Notes under the pieces: model-generated | Seen by the model: only the letters and a program-made list of their open reading frames with translations | Told to the model about the DNA's origin: nothing | Database searches by the model: none | Assembly (NCBI RefSeq): GCF_004010195.1 | Contig: NC_057759.1 | Coordinates: 1,743,069-1,805,068 of the forward strand | Source: Chiloscyllium plagiosum | Lineage: Eukaryota | Direction: 5' to 3' | Length of the DNA: 62,000 nt | Position numbers and translations under genes: made by a program | Part shown: positions 1 to 12,705 of the stretch, piece after piece | Numbering within the stretch: the stretch's first letter is position 1 | Layout: each line of letters begins with the position of its first letter

Positions 1-939
1 TCACCTTAATTCCTTGATGATAACATGCCCAAAATGTGTATTATAGGTTTCATGCTCTATAAATAATTAGCATCAATGACTGTTTCCCCTTTGCTGATTC
101 CCAACCGGATCCAAAATAATTCGATATCTTTTTACTTCAATCACATTTCCCCGTGCTAATGTATTCATGATTTTGTTATTTTGTGAGCTAGCCCAGGTCC
201 CTTTCTTTTTTTTTTGCCTATTCTTTCTTAATACAGACTGTCCTGGGAGAGTGGTGATGTGATAGCTCTATACACTGCTACACTAACATTATTTATAATC
301 AGCCCTCGACTTCAAACCTAAAGACTTCTGGTGTGTGCGTCCATAACATTCAACACATTACCAAAACTGTCTGAAGGAATGCCTGTTAGAACTCAAAAAC
401 ATCTTTAATTAATATTACACCAATTTATGCAACATTCAACAATCTTGCAAAAACATTACACTCCCGTCTCATGGCCGCATAATCAAAATATGCCATTACA
501 GAAACTTGCACCTCTGTCTGTCTCAAGATTTGCAAAGAGGAAAGTATTGATATTCAGCAATTCGTTTATTGTTTCCTCTTAGTTCATTTCCACATCCTGG
601 TAGAAATGTGGGACATATGTTAGTGTGAGAATTCAAAACGCATTTAATGCATTGACATAAAACAAAACTTCGGTAATGCTTTTCGCCTTCATTATCAGAT
701 TAATTGATTAGAACAGTTTAAACAAAACTACTACTGAAGTTTTTATACATGTTTAGACATCATTTTTAAAGTTAATCTTCTCATGTCTCTTTTTTGGCGT
801 GCATTATGAAGTGCCACATAACCAGTGGTGTGAGAACTACAATGTTTAATGTAATCATAGCTGCATCATCGGGTTCTGTTGTTTGAAAGTACATAAAAGT
901 GTTAAACATAAAGAAGACTTTTTAAAAAAAATCATTAAC

Positions 940-1600
940 AGCACAGTCCTGGAGGTCTACAGCACAACCAAAACCTCGTTGACACATCCAGTCAAACAAA
1001 AACCTAACCAATCTATTCCCACGTTCCTTTCACTTGGCCACATAACCTTGGCATCACAAATGCAACTATAAACCATTCTTCAATGTAATAAGGGTTTCTG
1101 CCTTTCCAAACTTTACAGAGAGTCGGTTCCAGAACCCCCACCACACTCTGAGTGAAAATATTTTTTTCTGACACCCCCCTCTTCAATGCCCCTTATCTTC
1201 AATCTATGCTCTTCCTCATCATTAATCCCTCCAACAAGCGGGAAAAGCGTCTTCCTATCTACGCGATTTGCACCCCTCATCATTAATGTATCTCAATCAT
1301 CTCCCCTCTTTCTCAATACCCTCTATTATAAGGAAACAACCGCAATCTGCCCAATCTCTCGCCATCACTGAAACACCCCTCATCATTAATGTATCTCAAT
1401 CATCTCCCCTCTTTCTCAATACCCTCTATTATAAGGAAACAACCGCATCTGCCCAATCTCTCGCCATCACTGAAACTCTACAGCTCCCAAGGCAACATCC
1501 TGGTAAATCTCCCTCTGCATCCTCTACCAGTGATTTCACATCACTTCTAGCCACAATAATCTCATTATGTGGCATAACCGATGTTTTGTACAGCCACAGT
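940..1600 (-). mobile_element. CR1-type LINE 3' fragment
   Basis: Resembles the reverse complement of the CR1 ORF2 C-terminus/3'UTR seen repeatedly in the window (ggcaacatcctggtaaatctccctctgc also at ~9613; related at 31576 and 40563). Confidence 0.7.
1271..1475. repeat. Direct tandem duplication, 103/102-bp unit
   Basis: cacccctcatcattaatg...gccatcactgaaa occurs at 1271-1373 and 1374-1475, differing by a 1-bp indel (gcaatct/gcatct). Confidence 0.95.
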
Positions 1601-1846
1601 ATCGCCTCGCTGCTTTTAAGGACTTGGCCAGACAAAGGGGAGAATCCCAACACAATTTGCTTAATTTCAAACAGTGAGATTGATTTTACGAATTCAATGC
1701 TCTGAGGTACTATCCTCTGAAACCTAGTCCATATCATCCTGTGATCCTGATACAGTAAAGTATACGTGAAGGCAGCTTATTGTAGCAGTTCAGGCATTTT
1801 GATTAAACATATCATGTAGATAAAATCATTTAATTACATTCCTTCG

Positions 1847-2136
1847 ATGATTTTCCAAAGCCTGTTGTCTCTCTGAGTCCAGAGTATGGGGTGTTCTTGG
1901 AAGGAGAGGTCACATCAGTGAAGTGCAGCTGTCAGTGTCCAGTCATAAGCATATACTCTTCTACAATTCCGAATGCATTAAAACAGATGTTTCTGAAGGA
2001 CAATGTGAGATATCTTTACCATTAAAACCCTTAAAGAGAGGCAAAACCAGTTACAAGTGTGAATGTTTATTTCAATGGAAGAATAGAACATGGAGAATAT
2101 CAGGATGGACTGAAACAATTCAGATACACGTTAGAG
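1847..2136 (+). pseudogene. Ig C2-type domain pseudo-exon (LILR/FcR-like receptor)
   Basis: Frame A reads DFPKPVVSLSPEYGVFLEGEVTSVKCSCQCP. After a frameshift near 1950, frame B reads LFYNSECIKTDVSEGQCEISLPLKPLKRGKTSYKCECLFQWKNRTWRISGWTETIQIHVR. Phase-1 ends, but both splice sites are damaged (ttcg|, |atatgt). Confidence 0.7.
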
Positions 2137-2869
2137 ATATGTCATTAAACCCACTTCTAACCTGGGATTGTTGTTTGATTTAGTGTTGTCACATATACCG
2201 AAATACAGTGAAAAGTTTGGTTTTCCATCCTCTACAGGTAAACTGTACCGTACAAAGATTATCAGAGTAGCAGAACAGATTGCAGAGTATGGTGTTACAG
2301 ACACCGAAAAAGTGCAGAGAGAAATATCAGAATTGACGTTGGAGAGGGCCGATTAAAAGTTTGATATTATCAGGGGAAAAAATTGTACTTCAATCTGTTT
2401 GAACGCTTATTCAATTTTTATGTGTTGTGCCAGTCAGAAGAGACGATAACTGGGGTGGAAGTAGTCCTTGATTATATTGATTGCTTTCTCAATGCAGCAA
2501 GAAGTTTTAATGGAATCAATAGACGAAAGGCTGGCTTGTGAGATTGATTGAGCTGTGTTCACGATTCTCTGTTATCTCTTGTGCACTTGCCATTCCATGC
2601 TGCGATGCATCCAGATAGGATGCTTTCTACAGTGAAAATATAAAAAGTGGAAAAAGTCCTTTTTGGACATGCTCTTTTTCAAGAACAGAGAAGAAAGAAA
2701 ATTGCAGCAAAGGAACAGGCACTTCAGTGCTCCAAGCCGACGCTGATCCAGATCCTCTACTGCAACGTGTTGTCTGTTTTCTAAGGATCTGTACTCCTCT
2801 GTTCCCTACACATTCACGTACCTGTCTAGATACATCTTAAAAGACGCTATCGTTCCCGCCTCTAAAAGG

Positions 2870-3720
2870 GGATAAATCCACACTATCTGATCAGGTGTTC
2901 CCTAGAGGTCTGTGGAAAGCTCGAGATTTGATTGCTGGGCTGCTTGCAGAGATATTTGTATAATCGATAGTCGCAGGTGAGGTGCCGGAAGACTGGAGGT
3001 TGGCTAACGTTGTGCCACTGCTTAAGAAGCGTGGTAAGGACAAGCCAGGGATCCATAGACCAGGGAGCCTGACGCCAGTGGTGGGCAAGTTGTTGGAGGG
3101 AATCCTGAGGAATAGGATGTCCATGCATTTGGAAAGGCAAGGACTGATTAGAGATAGTCAACATGACTTTGTGTGTGCGAAATCATATCTCGCAAAATTG
3201 ATTCAGTTTTTTGAAGAAATAACGAAGAGCATTGATGAAGGTAGAGCGGTAGATGTGATCTTTATGGACTTCAGTAAGGCGTTCGACAAGGTTCCCCACG
3301 GGAGACTGGCGAGCAAGGCTAGATCTAATGGAATACAGGGAGAACTCGCCATTTGGATGCAGAGCTGGCTCAAAGGTAGAAGATAGACGGTGGTGGTGGA
3401 GGATTGTTTTTCAAACTGGAAGCCTGTGACCAGTGGAGTGCCACAAGGATCGTTGTTGGGTCCACTACGTTTCATCATTTATATAAATGTCTTGAATGTG
3501 AGCATAAGAGGTATAGTTAGTAAGTTTGCAGATGACACTAAAATTTGAGGTGTAGTGGCCAAATAAGAAGGTTACCTCAGATTATATCAGGATCTTGCTT
3601 AGATGGGCCAAAGGCCTGAGAAATGGTGGATGGAACCTAATTTAAGAAAATGTGAGGTGCTGCATTTTGGGAAAGCAAATCTTAACAGGACTTATACACT
3701 AAATGGTAAGATCCGAAAGA
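2870..3720 (+). mobile_element. CR1 LINE ORF2 (reverse transcriptase) fragment
   Basis: PEDWRLANVVPLLKK, VDVIFMDFSKAFDKVPH, SGVPQGS and KFADD motifs; contains stops. Confidence 0.95.
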
Positions 3721-3744
3721 GTCTTAGAACGAAAGCAGTCAATG

Positions 3745-4040
3745 ATTAGATTGCTTACAGTGTGGAAACTGGCCCTTCGGCCCAACAAGTCCACAGAGAT
3801 GAGCAGCCCACCCAGACCCATTCCCCGACACCTAACACTACGGGCTATTTAGCATGGCCAATTCACCTAACCTCCACATTTTTGGACTGTGGGAGGAAAC
3901 CGGAGCACCCGGAGGAAACCCACGCATACACAGGGAGAATCTGCAAACTCCACACAGTTATTTGCCTGAGGCGGGAATTGAACCCGGGTCTCTACCACTG
4001 GGAGTTTGTAGTGCTAGCCACTTTGCCACCGTGCCGCCCA
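3745..4040 (-). mobile_element. HE1-type tRNA-derived V-SINE
   Basis: Reverse complement has the tRNA-like head gggcggcacggtggc...ggttcaattcc, the central V-domain (ggtttcctccgggtgctccggtttcctcccacagtcc) and an (aatct)n tail. Confidence 0.9.
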
Positions 4041-4049
4041 AAATTATCC

Positions 4050-5330
4050 GATTCTACTCAACTTATTCTCATAGCTAGCGTTCTCCATAACAGCTAACAT
4101 CCTGGAATACCTCCTCTGCACCCTCTCCAAAGCATCCACATCCTTTTGATAATGTGGCGACCAGAACTGTATGCAGTGTTTCAAATATGGACGAACTAAT
4201 GTATTATATAGCAGTGCCATGTCTCGCCAGCTGTTGAACTCAATAGCCCATCCGATGAAGGACAGCATGCTGTATGCCTCTTGACCAGTCGTTCGAACTT
4301 TATTGCCACCTTCAGAGTAGACTGGATCTGAACACCCACATATCTCTTTACATCAAGTTTTCCTCGGGCTTTTCCATTTACTGGACAGAAAGTCTTGAAT
4401 TGGAGCTTCCAAATTGCATCACCTCGCATTTACCCGGATTGAACTCCATCTGCCAATTCACTGTCCAACTCTCCGATATATTTATAGTCGTCTGTATTCT
4501 TTCACAACTCCCTTCACTGTCTGTTACTCCATCAATCTTAGTATCATCTGCAAACGTGCCAATCAGACCACCTATACCTTTCTCCAGATCATTTGTATCA
4601 CAAACAACATTGGTCCCTGCACAGAACCACCACTAGTTGCAGTTCTTCCTTTTGAGAAACACCGTTCTACTGATACTCTCTATCTCCTGTTGCCTAGCCA
4701 GTTCGGTACCCTGGACCCCATGCAACTTCACTTTCTCCAAAACTCTATCATGAGGTCCCTTATCAACTGACTTACTGATGTCCATGTATACAACATCAAC
4801 AGTCCTTCTCTTATCAATCAACTTTGTCACTGACTCAAACAATTATATTAATTTGACAAGACATGGTCTTCCGTGCACAAAACCTTGTTTCCTGTCAATG
4901 ATGCGCTAATTTTCTTACAAATGGGAATAGATCCTATCTGTCAGTATATTCTCTCGCAGCTTCCCAACCACTGACGTCAGGCTGACTGGTCTATATAATT
5001 ACTTGGATTATCCTTGCCATCCTTCTTAAAATATGGGACATCATTATCAATTCTCCAGTCCTCCAGGACCTCACCCATGTTCAAGGATGCTGCACAGATG
5101 TCTATTAAGGCCCGATTTATTTCCTCTCTCGCTTCCCCCAGAAACCTGGGATAAATGCAATCCGGATCTGGAGACTTGTCCACCTTAATGCCTTTTAGAA
5201 TACACTACACTTCCTCTCTCCTTATGCTAACTTGACATCGAATAATCAAACATCTATCCCTAATCTCAACATCAGTCATGTCCCTCTCCTCAGTGAATAC
5301 GAACGTAAAATACTCATGAACAATCTCGTT
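4050..5330 (-). mobile_element. CR1 LINE ORF2 fragment
   Basis: LYNTLVRPYLKHCIQFWSPH, VDVVYMDISK, DKSPDPDCIYPR and EDWRI motifs on the minus strand. Confidence 0.9.
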
Positions 5331-5334
5331 AAAT

Positions 5335-7610
5335 TATCCTTGTCTTCCTGAGGCAGTAGCGACCCTGTTATGCTTTCTTGTCCTTCAAGTTTACATTGGA
5401 GGACCAGGGTAAATTGTTGATGATCATCACTCCCTTGAACTTCTCACCCTCGACCATCTCCACCTCAACCCCATTGATGCAGACAGAGGTGTACCTTCCA
5501 CTCTGCTTCATGAAGTCAATAATCAGCTCTTTGGTGTTGCTGGTAGTTTGGTAGAGATTACTGTCTTTACACAATGCTGCTAAGCACTTGATCTATTTTC
5601 TGTCTTTTGTTTCATTTTGCTTGAGATCCAAACTACAACGGTGGTGTCGTCAGCATACTTGCAAATGGATTTGGTTCAGAATTTTTTTCCACAGTCGTGA
5701 ATATGCAAGGGTATCGAAGGAGGCTGAGTACGCAGCCATGTGGGGTACCTGTGTTGAGTATTATGATGCAGAAGGTGTTGTTACATATTCTAACTGATTC
5801 CAGTCCATGGGCCATTAAGTCCAGGATCCAGTTGCAGAGCGGGGAGCTGAGAACTATGAGTTTGAGAAATGAGTTTGTTTGGAATTAAGGCGTTGAAGGT
5901 AGAGCTGCAGTCAGTAAGTAGGAGACTGAAGTGGGTATCATTTTTATCCAGATGCTCCAGGGATGAGTCTAGGTTCAGGGAGGCGATTTCTGCTGCGGAA
6001 CTGCTTTGTCACCCAGTTAATTGCTAGCAATCAAGCCAGTCTGGGAGGCTGGAGTTATTGCGATGCATGACTAACCTCTTGAAATGCGTCATAATTATGG
6101 AGCTCAGAAATATTGGGCATTAGTCATTGAGGACCGCTGCATGATTTTCCTTTGGCCGCGGGATGGTAGTGGTCCTCTTCAAGCAGCTGGAAATGACATG
6201 TCATCGGAAGGAGAGGTTAAGGATTTCGGTGCGAACTCCCTCCAGCTGGTACATTGAGGATCTGAGTGCATGGCTGGGGACTCCATTCAGGTCATTCGCC
6301 TTCTGTGGATTCACTCTCGAGTGGGCTGATCTAACATCTGCAGTGGTGTCGTGGGTCCAGGTGTATCGGGCACTGTTGCGACAGGTGACATTGTTTCACC
6401 TACCTTCTGCTCAAAGCAAGCACAGAAAGCATTTGGCACATCCAGTACAGAAGTCTGTTGTGCGCAAGTATATTCAAATTGTTACAGAGCCCATTATGGT
6501 ATGTTAGCCCTGATATAAATGGCTGGTGTCCCTGTGGCTGGTCGAGGTGCAAAGTTTGGTTTGGTTTTGCATCTTCGCATTTCTGGCCTTATGGATGTCA
6601 TACCTGTTTGTACCGCATACATTAGACTTGAATGTCTCAGACCTGGACTTCAACTGAGCGTGCATCTGTTCATTCATCCAAAGTTTCAGTTGAAGCACAT
6701 TCAGGTTAATTTCTTTGGCTCACAATCTTCTACAGGCTCACTAATGAAGGTAACAGTAACGGTGGTGGCATATTTGTGCAGGTTGGCTGCTGAGTTCTAG
6801 AATATCGACCAGTCCAACGATTCTAAGCCGTCCCCCAGAAGGCGTTCCATTGTCTCAGGCCAACACTGCACTACTCTTCCTGCTGGATCCTCACTCCTCG
6901 ATTTTTCCTTGTAATCCGGGAAGAGTTGTGATCTGATTCTCCAAAATGCAGACAGGATGGGACGTTAGGCATCTTTGATGGTTGTCCCACCATGAGCAAG
7001 GATGTTCAGCACTCCAGTGGAACAGGAGATGTTGTGATGGTAGTTGGGAGTATGTTCTTGAGATAGGCCTGCTTCAACTCACTGGCTACGATGAGCAAGG
7101 CCTGGGCTGTCTTGTCTCAAAACTGATTACAGAGTTGTGTTCTACATTAAGTGCATCGTCACTCCTGCATGGATTAGGTTGTAGACTGCTGTCAACAACC
7201 ACAAATTCAATGTTCCCGAACATACATCTCAGTACAGTCCATTACAATGTTTTGTAAAGTTGTCAGTGTTAGTTTTTCGAAAGGTCCCTGACCACATTCA
7301 CCGATTACAGGCAGTAGGCCTTTCGTAGCAACTTTCTGAGTGTTTATCGGGAAACAGCAACTTCGATATGGTGCAATAATTAATTACGCAAAGGAAGGAC
7401 ATATATGAGCCGTGGAGCAGGTATGAATTGTTTCTGCTTGCAGGAGCCATTTTGTAGAACGGACGTGTGGAGCCTGCGCACTTCCATCGATCGTGTGTCC
7501 TTTGGTGGAGGTCTCTGGTGATGTTCAGAACCAACAGTCTTTGTTCTTCCCGAGGGCTGATGGAAGGGAACTCCTGGTCTTCTCCCACCCCCAGGCACTT
7601 TTATTAGTTT
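5335..7610 (-). mobile_element. Rex1/Babar-like LINE, decayed
   Basis: LNTGTPHGCVLS (cf. NTGxPQGCVLSP), TKELIIDF and WMNEQMHAQLKSR motifs typical of Rex/Babar ORFs; 5' boundary approximate. Confidence 0.7.
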
Positions 7611-7740
7611 ACCTCTCTGAATCTCTTTCCTCCTTCCTCCCCTTCTGCCATTGGAAATGTACCTAATTTTGAGAGCTGATCATTAATGTTTGAGTCAAGG
7701 TGTTTGTGTTTCTTTTGATCTCTCCTCTGTTTTCATACAG

Positions 7741-7776
7741 AGACTTGTTTTCATTTGCAGAAGAGTGGTTACAGAG
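7741..7776 (+). other. Candidate 36-nt signal-peptide mini-exon of an LRC-like Ig receptor
   Basis: Pyrimidine tract + catacag acceptor, exactly 36 nt, gtgaca donor (weak); phase 1-1, reads xTCFHLQKSGYR; 477 bp upstream of the Ig exon. Confidence 0.35.
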
Positions 7777-8253
7777 GTGACACAGTTAGATTAAATCTGA
7801 TTCTACACAAGAAATACCAAGAGTGGAAAGCTGCAATCAATTCAGGTTTATGGTGACTCCAAATTCTCACACCTATAAACCCTTTGAAATATTGTCGTTA
7901 CATTTTTTTCAGTGGTACGATTGTATTGTAATATTACCCTGTCACAAACTGTGAAGCATTTATGATACCCAACATGGTACATTTTTGTGAATAAGCCATA
8001 TTTTTCACTCAAGGGTAACATTATATTGTGTTATGTGTTGTATTATGATAAGGAATTGTATGGTTAAAGTATTTTATGTTCCTTCTATATTGTCATATGT
8101 TGTACATTTGGTTTGAGAATTGTTGCTGCTAGGATTTCTCTCTGGACTTTGCAATTGTTTTCTTCTGCACCTTTCTCCTTTCAAGTATTTTGCTTTTTAA
8201 AAGGGATATGTAAATATTGTTGTAAATGTCTTTATTTTAAAACCTTGTGACAG

Positions 8254-8583
8254 ATCAATTGTCGATACCAACAATCAAAATGCTGTCAGATTCTTGTGCC
8301 AGTCTAAATAGAAATAATGTCGTGATTTCATGGAAAGGTGACATTTGGCCCAGAGGAGGAATATTCTTCTTGTACAACAGTTGGAGAAAAGGTTCGCGAC
8401 AGGATCGTCAGGTGACTGGTCATAAAGATACTGCAGTCTTTACTATAAATGTCCATGAGCAGTATTCTGCAGGAGACTACAGTTGTTGGTATCATACAAA
8501 TGTTAATGGACATGCCGTACTTTCCCCATCCAGCCAATCTGTTCAAGTCACAGAGAAAAGAAAGGAGGATTACACATCAAAAG
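8254..8583 (+). CDS. Ig C2-type domain exon of an LILR/GPVI/FCAR-like receptor (B-strand Cys replaced by Trp; possibly a pseudogene)
   Basis: gtgacag|...|gtaatt, phase 1-1, open frame DQLSIPTIKMLSD...NVVISWKG...FFLY...AVFTINVHEQYSAGDYSCWYH...SPSSQSVQVT; GDYSCxY F-strand motif. Confidence 0.75.
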
Positions 8584-9144
8584 GTAATTACATGTTCATG
8601 TATCTCAAAATCGCCCTTCTTTTCATAGGTGCATGCAGGCAGTGGAAACTGCTAGTTTTTTTTTATCCAATGTAACATTTACAAGAAAAAACTGCTCAGC
8701 GATTCATGGTACTTGAGGTTTAAGATGGTCACGTGCTCTCGTTTTTACTTGTTGAAATTGAATCAAAGATCTGAGCTTGGGTTATATGCCCCTTCTCCTA
8801 GCAGTCGTCTACCTGTCTGAACTGGTGGACTTCATTTTGATGTACAAACAATGCCAAATAATGCTGCCATTGTTCACTAGGATGTAACGCCTGGGTTTTG
8901 ACAGAGAGCTGCGTAAGCATTTTCAAAAAATGACCATTCGATCATTGGTGTCGCAATTTGAAACAAAGGTTCAAGAGTTTCTTTTGTGTTGGACAAAAAA
9001 AATGCAAATTTGTGAATTTATCAGAGTCGGTGGAACCTCTACATGATTATCCAACAGAGGGGCAGAAATAATTTTCAAAAACAAATCATGAACTAATCAG
9101 GAAATGCCTTCATCATGTGAGTAGAGATTGTGAAATTGAATGTT

Positions 9145-9745
9145 ATAGATTCATACGGGCTACAGTACAGAAACAAACACTTCCACCCATCGAATTTCTG
9201 CTTGGCCCGAACATGCACCTAACTATTCCAACCTCTTTTCCTAGCACTTGCCCCATAGCTTTGGCATCACAAGTACACATCTAAATTATTATTTAATGTG
9301 ATGAGGGTTTCTGCTTCTCCAATCCTTACAGACGGTGAGTCCAAATTCCCCACCAACCTCGGGGTGCTAATATTTCCCTCACACCCCCCTCGAAACATCC
9401 TCCCCTTACCTTCAATCTATTCCCTTCCTTTACTCATTGATCCCTCCTACAAGATGGGAAGGTTTCCTCCTGCCTACCCAAATAATCACCCTCATCAGTT
9501 TATACATCTCTGTCATATAACCCCCTCCCCGCCCCCTCAATGTCCTCCCCTCTAAGGAATACAACCCCAGCATGTCCAAACTCTCTCCATCACTGAAACT
9601 CTCCAGTCCCCAGGGCAACATTCTGGTAAATCTCCCTCTGCACCCTCTCCCAGTACTATCATATACCTCATTGAATGTGGATTCGAAAACTGGACGCAAC
9701 CATCCCGCTGTGTGACTCAACTAACGTTTGATACAGTTCCAAAAT
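9145..9745 (-). mobile_element. CR1 LINE 3' fragment
   Basis: RFTRMLP..LESFS...LDMLGLYSLE on the minus strand. Confidence 0.8.
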
Positions 9746-10892
9746 AACGGACTATGATCATGGTATTAATTGATAATGTTATGTAAAATATTTATTTGGC
9801 GATCCAAGTATCAAATTACGATTTAACTCTGTATGTAAGAATCTTTTTACTCGGAGAAGTAGTGTATCATTTGAGGTCTGCACTCCTGGCCTCAATGTAG
9901 TTTCAACATTCCTGTTGTGAGAAGCTCTTTAAGCACCATGGGAAATAGCTAATGAGCCTTCCTATGGAGCTTGTTGATTATGAGCTCCCTTGGTATCAAG
10001 CGATGTCCTACCTCTCGGTACTCATCACCTGGACCTTTTATAGAGCAGATTCAGGGGTCGGTGTGCAGAGCTGTCTGTCTTGCTTTGCGACTAACTAGGG
10101 ATGGTCAGGGCTCATTTTTGATGTCCTCCAATAACAATGTCCATTCCAGTCTGTTTCCTGAAACACATGTCTATCTGTAATGATGCATTACACGCTCGTC
10201 AATCAAAAAAAAATCATCCGACATTGACTGTCTCAAAGAAGCCAAATTACACAAATCCTGGCGGAACTTAGATAAATATCAGCATTTTCTTCACGTCAGT
10301 ACCGTGGTCTTTAAGCTGGATTTCGTAGTCTGAATCTCTCTCACACGTCATGCTATCATTTCCATTTCTATGCTGTCAAAATTTATAAAGTCTTTGGTGT
10401 TTTGACTGTTAATGTGACATTTGTCCCAGCTACAAAGGACATACAAAGAATCCCCATAAAAAAATGATAACACCCCCACCATCCCCAACCAATGACTACC
10501 ATCCACACACTTCTTCATCCCTTGCCACCCACGTACACACCCATGCCAACTCACCCATGCCTCCACTCCTATCAGGAACAGAGGTATTGATTTTCTTTGC
10601 ATGACAGACTCCATTGGTTCAAAGGCCTCTACTGTATTATAAGTAATCTGTGCTCTATGAGTCCCTTCTATGGAACAGTTGTGTCCAACCCTAAGCATCC
10701 TTCCCTCGATGTTTTGGAGAACAAGATTACATTCCAACACTTCCGTCTATCCCTACTTCCATAATTCGTTGACACTCATTGTAACCGATCCAATGTGGTT
10801 TGAATCGAATTGGGTGCTCCTCGATCATTTCTCTGAGCCTCTCGAGCTCACAAACAGACAGCGATCTAAACTGAGTTCTTCTCCTTGCACAG

Positions 10893-11003
10893 AACACGAT
10901 AACACTACAATGCATTTGATTCAACTCTGTCTCCATCTCTTCGTGCTCATTGTGATGGTGGTCATCATTGTCGAACATTTTACAAACGGCTTGCCACTGA
11001 CTG
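10893..11003 (+). CDS. Transmembrane exon of an LRC-type activating-receptor-like gene
   Basis: ttcttctccttgcacag|...|gtaaaa, phase 1-1, reads EHDNTTMHLIQLCLHLFVLIVMVVIIVEHFTNGLPLT; aligns by eye with the DYTxxNLIR...E TM exon of GPVI/FCAR/LILRA. Confidence 0.65.
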
Positions 11004-11249
11004 GTAAAATGAGCATTATTGCTTGGTTTTGAAACTTCGATCTTCCCTTACACTTGCTTCTGTTTTCTTCCTTCGCATGTTACCCATTACATCGGCAGAC
11101 AGTTAGCTGGGTGGCTGCTTTGCTAACACAGAATGATGCCAACAACATGGTTGAATCCCAACATTGACCGAGGTTACCATGAAGGATTCTCCTTCCCCAC
11201 CTCATCCCTCGCCTGAGGCAAAATAATCCTCAGGTGGAAGTGCAATCCA

Positions 11250-11432
11250 GGCCTCCCCTTCTCCCTCTCTCACTCTCCTTCTCCTTTCCTTTCTCTCCCT
11301 TCCCACTCACCACTTTTCTCTCTCCCTCTCTGTCCCTGCCTCCCTTTCTCTCAATCTCTCTCCTTTCCTCTCTGTGTCTCCCTTTCACTCCCTCGTTCTC
11401 CCTCCCTTTCTCTCTCCCTTTCTCCTTCTCCA
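11250..11432. repeat. CT-rich low-complexity tract
   Basis: Near-pure pyrimidine run on +. Confidence 0.9.
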
Positions 11433-11439
11433 TTGACTG

Positions 11440-11885
11440 CAGCCTCCTGATCCACCAAGTCTATGGCCTGTCCAAATATCTTTCAAATATTATACCTGCA
11501 TTTACAACTTCCTTGTCAGTTCATTTCAAATATGAGCCACACTCTGTATGAAAAGGTTGTTTTCATGTCCCTTTTAAATATTTCGGCTTTTGCCTATGAC
11601 CTATGCCCTCTCATTTTGAACTCTGCTACCCTAGGAAAAGAATCTTTGCTATTCATCTTATCTATGTCTCTCATGATTTTATAAACCTCTATAAGGCCAC
11701 CCCTCAACCTCCTACGCTTCAGGGAAAAAAGTCCTAGTCTATCAAACCTCTCCTTATAACTCACACCCTCCTGTCCCAGTAACATCCTTCCAATTTTTTT
11801 CTGCACCCTTTCCAATTTAAGAATATTCTTCCTATAGCAGGGCAACCAGAATTATATACAGTTCTCTAAAAGTGGCATTATCAAC
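11440..11885 (-). mobile_element. CR1 LINE 3' fragment
   Basis: LERVQKK..RML...SYKERFDRLGLFSL..RRLRGGLIEVYKIM. Confidence 0.9.
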
Positions 11886-12339
11886 TATATAAGATCAAAT
11901 AAGAAGCATTTGTTCATTTTGGAATTTTCGAGTGTCAGATCTGCAATTGGTGTCTGTGGAAATTTTCGGAGACTGTGTTTTTTCCTTCAATCCGTTTTCT
12001 AACTAATGTTTTTCTGTGAGATAAATCCATCCTAATCTTTGATTTCTCATTCCTTCGTCCCTGAATTCAGTGTTTGAATACATTTTTTTCAATAATTAAC
12101 TTATCAGACTATCACCACACATTTGAATATTGTTACACAATGGATTGTTGTACCCAAATATTTTATCAGGACGAATGCAATATATCCTCAAAGCAGAGGA
12201 AAACATGTTACACAATTCAGCGATATGAGAAGGTGAACAATAAGAAGGTGTAACAGAAGGAAACGGAACCCTATAGTGCCTCTCTCTGAGAAAATTATGC
12301 AGCCAAGTTAATATCAAATTACTAAGTAATGTGCACCAG

Positions 12340-12705
12340 GAGGTCCTGGGTTAGTGGTAATATCGCTAGGAATATTAATCCATAAACTCAGCTAATGCTC
12401 CGGACAAGCTGGGTTTAACTACCACCACATCAAATGGTGGAATTTGATTTCAATAAAATAAGAAAATCTGGAATTAAGAATTGGGACCATTACCTGTTGG
12501 CAGTGGGAAAAGCTACCTGATTCATCCCATTCAAGGAAGAAAATCTGTCATGCTTACTTGGTTTGGCTCACATGTGGTTCCAGACCCACGGCAAGGTTGA
12601 CTCTCAATTATCCTGTAAAATGGTTTAGCAAACTAATCAGTTCAAAGGCAACCAGGGATTGGCAATAAATGCTGGACATCCAGCATCAGCGACATCCCAT
12701 ATGAT
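12340..12705 (+). mobile_element. Second SINE-like family (3' tail shared with the LINE at 34150/39430)
   Basis: Similar copies at ~16390-16740(-), 17140-17460(+), 36520-36790(+), 41410-41730(-) and 44930-45190(-); tail ggcaataaatgctgg...acatccc. Confidence 0.6.

Noticed and set aside
140..270. Possible signal-peptide exon and mini-exon for the 1847 Ig exon
   Set aside because: The putative intron is only ~54 nt and there is an in-frame stop after the acceptor.
10430..10583. Possible Pro/Thr/His-rich stalk exon between the Ig and TM exons
   Set aside because: AG/GT flanks exist but the length is 154 nt with stops in the phase-1 frame; cannot be supported beyond speculation.
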